From Nitrospinaceae bacterium (GTDB lineage Bacteria > Nitrospinota > Nitrospinia > Nitrospinales > Nitrospinaceae): DNA of 64,000 nucleotides. This document shows positions 61,419 through 64,000 of the stretch, in pieces. Position 1 is the first letter of the stretch, and every line of letters starts with the position of its first letter. A program made the translations under genes and the position numbers. Location: NCBI GenBank assembly GCA_965223665.1, contig OZ245011.1, positions 1,920,001 to 1,984,000 of the forward strand. The letters run 5' to 3'. The notes below the pieces were generated by a model. It was not told the DNA's origin, did no database searches, and was given only the letters and a program-made list of their open reading frames with translations.

Positions 61419-62084
61419 ATGCGAGACATGGTGGAATGATATAAAGCTGTCTATTTTTAAGTAAAACTAAAGTTCTATTTTTAGTTTGGTTTTTTTATAT
61501 TTCTTTTTCTGAAACTGAACCATTTTATATCATTAAGAAAACTTAATTTCGGCACCTTATTCCAGGAAAATGATTCCGCTGAAGCGGAACCAACTTACGG
61601 ACGAACTTGAAAGTTATTCACGATGTATTTTTTGTACCTCCACCCCTCATAACTTTGGAGAAAATTGGGTGGCCTCGCTGGGTTCAAAAATCGCCAAAAG
61701 CGAAACAGGCTGGAATAAAATTTACAATGATACTTAATGAAAATATTATATTTAAATCATTGAGACATAAATTGCAAGGAACAGGTTCCGCAAGAAAGAC
61801 CCTCCCTTTCCTTATCAAGGTCCCTCCCCCGTTTTGGCCAAAAGGATTGCTATATAAATAGAACCAACTCAATACTAAATTGCCACACTTCCTCGACTTT
61901 GGACAAAACTCCCCCCTTTGTATCATTCAGCAAGGTAGTTTTGACAAAATAAAAACGAAAACTCTTCAAATACTCAGAATTTTCCGGATAAAAAAACCAG
62001 TAACTTTTTACAAACTTGCCTCAATTCCTTGCAAAGATACATTTAAATAATGATAAAATATGCCAACTTATTGTTGAGGTTCTA

Positions 62085-64000
62085 ATGTCCAACTACAAAG
62101 TTGATCAGGAATTTGAAAAGTCCAAGCTCAGGCAAACTGAGGAAATGCTCTATGGGCAGCATGAAATCCTCGAAATGCTGGCCGTGGGAATTCCTCTGGA
62201 TGATTGCATAAAAACCTTAATTTTGAACATGGAATCCCAGGTAGAAGGAATTGTGGGAGCCGTGTTTAAGTTGGACGAAACCCGCAGATATTTTAACACC
62301 CTGGCCGCTCCCAGCTTACCCAAGGAAGTTCGTCTCGCGTTCGACGGTTTTGAAGTGAATGAAAAAGTCGGCTCCTGTGGTCCGGCGGTGATATTGAATA
62401 AAGCCGTGGTTGTTGAAAATATTCAAACCGATCCGAAATGGGAAGGTTATAGAGATTTCGCCGAAGCCAATGAGTTTAGAGGATGTTGGTCCACTCCAAT
62501 CAGAGATGTTAAAGGACAACCCGTAGGAACGGTATGTTGTTTCTTTAACAAACCTCGAAAGCCCACCGAACAAGAAATTGATATTGTCAATATAGCGACC
62601 TACCTGGCCGGCATTGCCATTCAAATGAAAGAATTGGAAACGGTCAAAAGCAAGGCGGAAGAACAAAAACGAAAAAGCCTGGAACAAATGCGCTCCATAA
62701 TGGAAGGCACTTCCGCCCATACCGGAGAAGATTTTTTCAAATCTCTGGTTTATCAATTATCGGTTTCGTTAAATGTAAAATATACCCTGGTGACCCAGAA
62801 CCATGGAAAACTGAATAAAGCTTTGGCTTTCTGGAAGGGGGACCATTTTGTTTCCAACCTGGTATACGATACTTCGGATTGCCCCTGCAGAGATGTCATT
62901 GCACAAAAAACTCCTCAGGTCATTCCTTCCAATTTTCAAAAACTATATCCTAAAAAGACACCGCTGAATGAACTGGGAGTTGAGAGCTATTTGGGAATTC
63001 CTTTAGTCAACTCTGCCGGGCAAGTCATGGGAAATATCATAGTTATGGATACAAAACCTTTGACCGACCCTTCGCAGGCGCAAATGATCATGAACATTTT
63101 TGCATCTCGCGCCGAGGCGGAAATCATTCGCATTCAGATAGAAGAAGCTTTGGTGAGCGGTAAACAAAAATTAGAAAAAGCAAACCTGGCCAAATCCCAA
63201 TTCTTAGCGCGCATGAGCCACGAATTGAGAACCCCCATGAATTCTATTCTTGGGTTTTCGCAAATGCTGCAGCTTAATACCAGCAGCAATTTAAGCCCCA
63301 TGGAGTCGGAAAATATCAGGAAAATAAATAAAGCCGGCCAACACCTCTTGTCACTGATCAATGATATTTTGGATTTAAATCAAATTGAAGCCGACAAATT
63401 ACTGGTTGTCCCAAAATCGATTCAATTACATAAGCTGGTTCATGATGCTATCGACCTTATGCAGCCTGTGGCCGAGGACCACAAAATAGAACTGGTGTGC
63501 CAAGGCAGTTCGATGGATAGCGATGAGATTTTTGTGCTGGCGGATCCCTTGCGGTTAAAACAGGTTTTATTAAACCTGATTTCTAATGCAATCAAATTCA
63601 GCCCTGCAGGAAGCTCGGTGAATATTTCTTTTGAAAATGACCCGGATCAAAGAATCCATATTCAGGTCAAAGACTATGGAAAAGGAATCCCACAGGAATT
63701 TAAAAATAAATTGTTTGATCCATTTGAACGGGTTAATGATGACTCCCCGACAACAGAAGGTGCCGGCATTGGATTGACCATTACGAAAAAATTATTAGGC
63801 TTGATGAATGGTGAAATCGATTTTGAAAGCGAACTGAACCGGGGAACTACGTTCCACGTTTTTCTACCGAAAGGTGAAAACAATTCAGAAGAATCCGATG
63901 CAGAGACCGAAACCCAACAGGCTCCCAAAAACAACGAAACACAGGCACTCATCCTTTATATTGAAGATAACGCAACCAACTTAAGCTTAATGGAAGGTAT
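62085..64000 (+). CDS. Hybrid sensor histidine kinase (GAF-GAF-HisKA-HATPase-REC); 3'-truncated, absent from the ORF track
   Basis: In one frame from ATG 62085: GSCG...CWSTPI (GAF), SYLGIPL (GAF), MSHELRTPMN, QVLLNLISNAIKF, GAGIGL, ILYIEDN. Confidence 0.9.
   Translation, partial: MSNYKVDQEFEKSKLRQTEEMLYGQHEILEMLAVGIPLDDCIKTLILNMESQVEGIVGAVFKLDETRRYFNTLAAPSLPKEVRLAFDGFEVNEKVGSCGPAVILNKAVVVENIQTDPKWEGYRDFAEANEFRGCWSTPIRDVKGQPVGTVCCFFNKPRKPTEQEIDIVNIATYLAGIAIQMKELETVKSKAEEQKRKSLEQMRSIMEGTSAHTGEDFFKSLVYQLSVSLNVKYTLVTQNHGKLNKALAFWKGDHFVSNLVYDTSDCPCRDVIAQKTPQVIPSNFQKLYPKKTPLNELGVESYLGIPLVNSAGQVMGNIIVMDTKPLTDPSQAQMIMNIFASRAEAEIIRIQIEEALVSGKQKLEKANLAKSQFLARMSHELRTPMNSILGFSQMLQLNTSSNLSPMESENIRKINKAGQHLLSLINDILDLNQIEADKLLVVPKSIQLHKLVHDAIDLMQPVAEDHKIELVCQGSSMDSDEIFVLADPLRLKQVLLNLISNAIKFSPAGSSVNISFENDPDQRIHIQVKDYGKGIPQEFKNKLFDPFERVNDDSPTTEGAGIGLTITKKLLGLMNGEIDFESELNRGTTFHVFLPKGENNSEESDAETETQQAPKNNETQALILYIEDNATNLSLMEG

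Noticed and set aside
62316-63952. Three minus-strand ORFs at the right end
   Set aside because: Shadows of the unlisted plus-strand histidine kinase that runs off the window

Overview
AT-rich bacterial accessory region. Gene content suggests a marine Gram-negative organism, possibly Nitrospina-like (weak inference). From left to right: (1) a left-truncated PLP aminotransferase/acyl-thioester reductase fusion with an AMP-ligase, LolA-like protein and MMPL exporter, a putative fatty-amine/lipid pathway; (2) a divergent TetR/sterol-desaturase pair with visible operators; (3) eight paralogous secreted DNRLRE/CBM96-like proteins with a constant N-terminal module and three kinds of C-terminal tip; (4) Cys-rich secreted zinc peptidases; (5) an operon of 2-oxoacid:ferredoxin oxidoreductase, ADP-forming acyl-CoA synthetase and amino-acid dehydrogenase; (6) a CarH/LitR-type B12 photoreceptor near a DUF523/DUF1722 gene; (7) the most notable feature, a compact RiPP locus (41995-48660) with one RRE-like + flavin dehydrogenase + YcaO fusion enzyme and four Cys/Ser/Thr-rich precursor peptides sharing an FxWS[IV]QE leader motif, next to a divergent QueC-like gene; (8) PilX-like, Cache, M35-like peptidase, FGE-domain, DUF488 and Met-rich genes, then a right-truncated hybrid histidine kinase. 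Two families of dispersed palindromic intergenic repeats occur. No rRNA, tRNA, CRISPR array or transposase was recognised. All family calls come from motif recognition by eye, not database searches.
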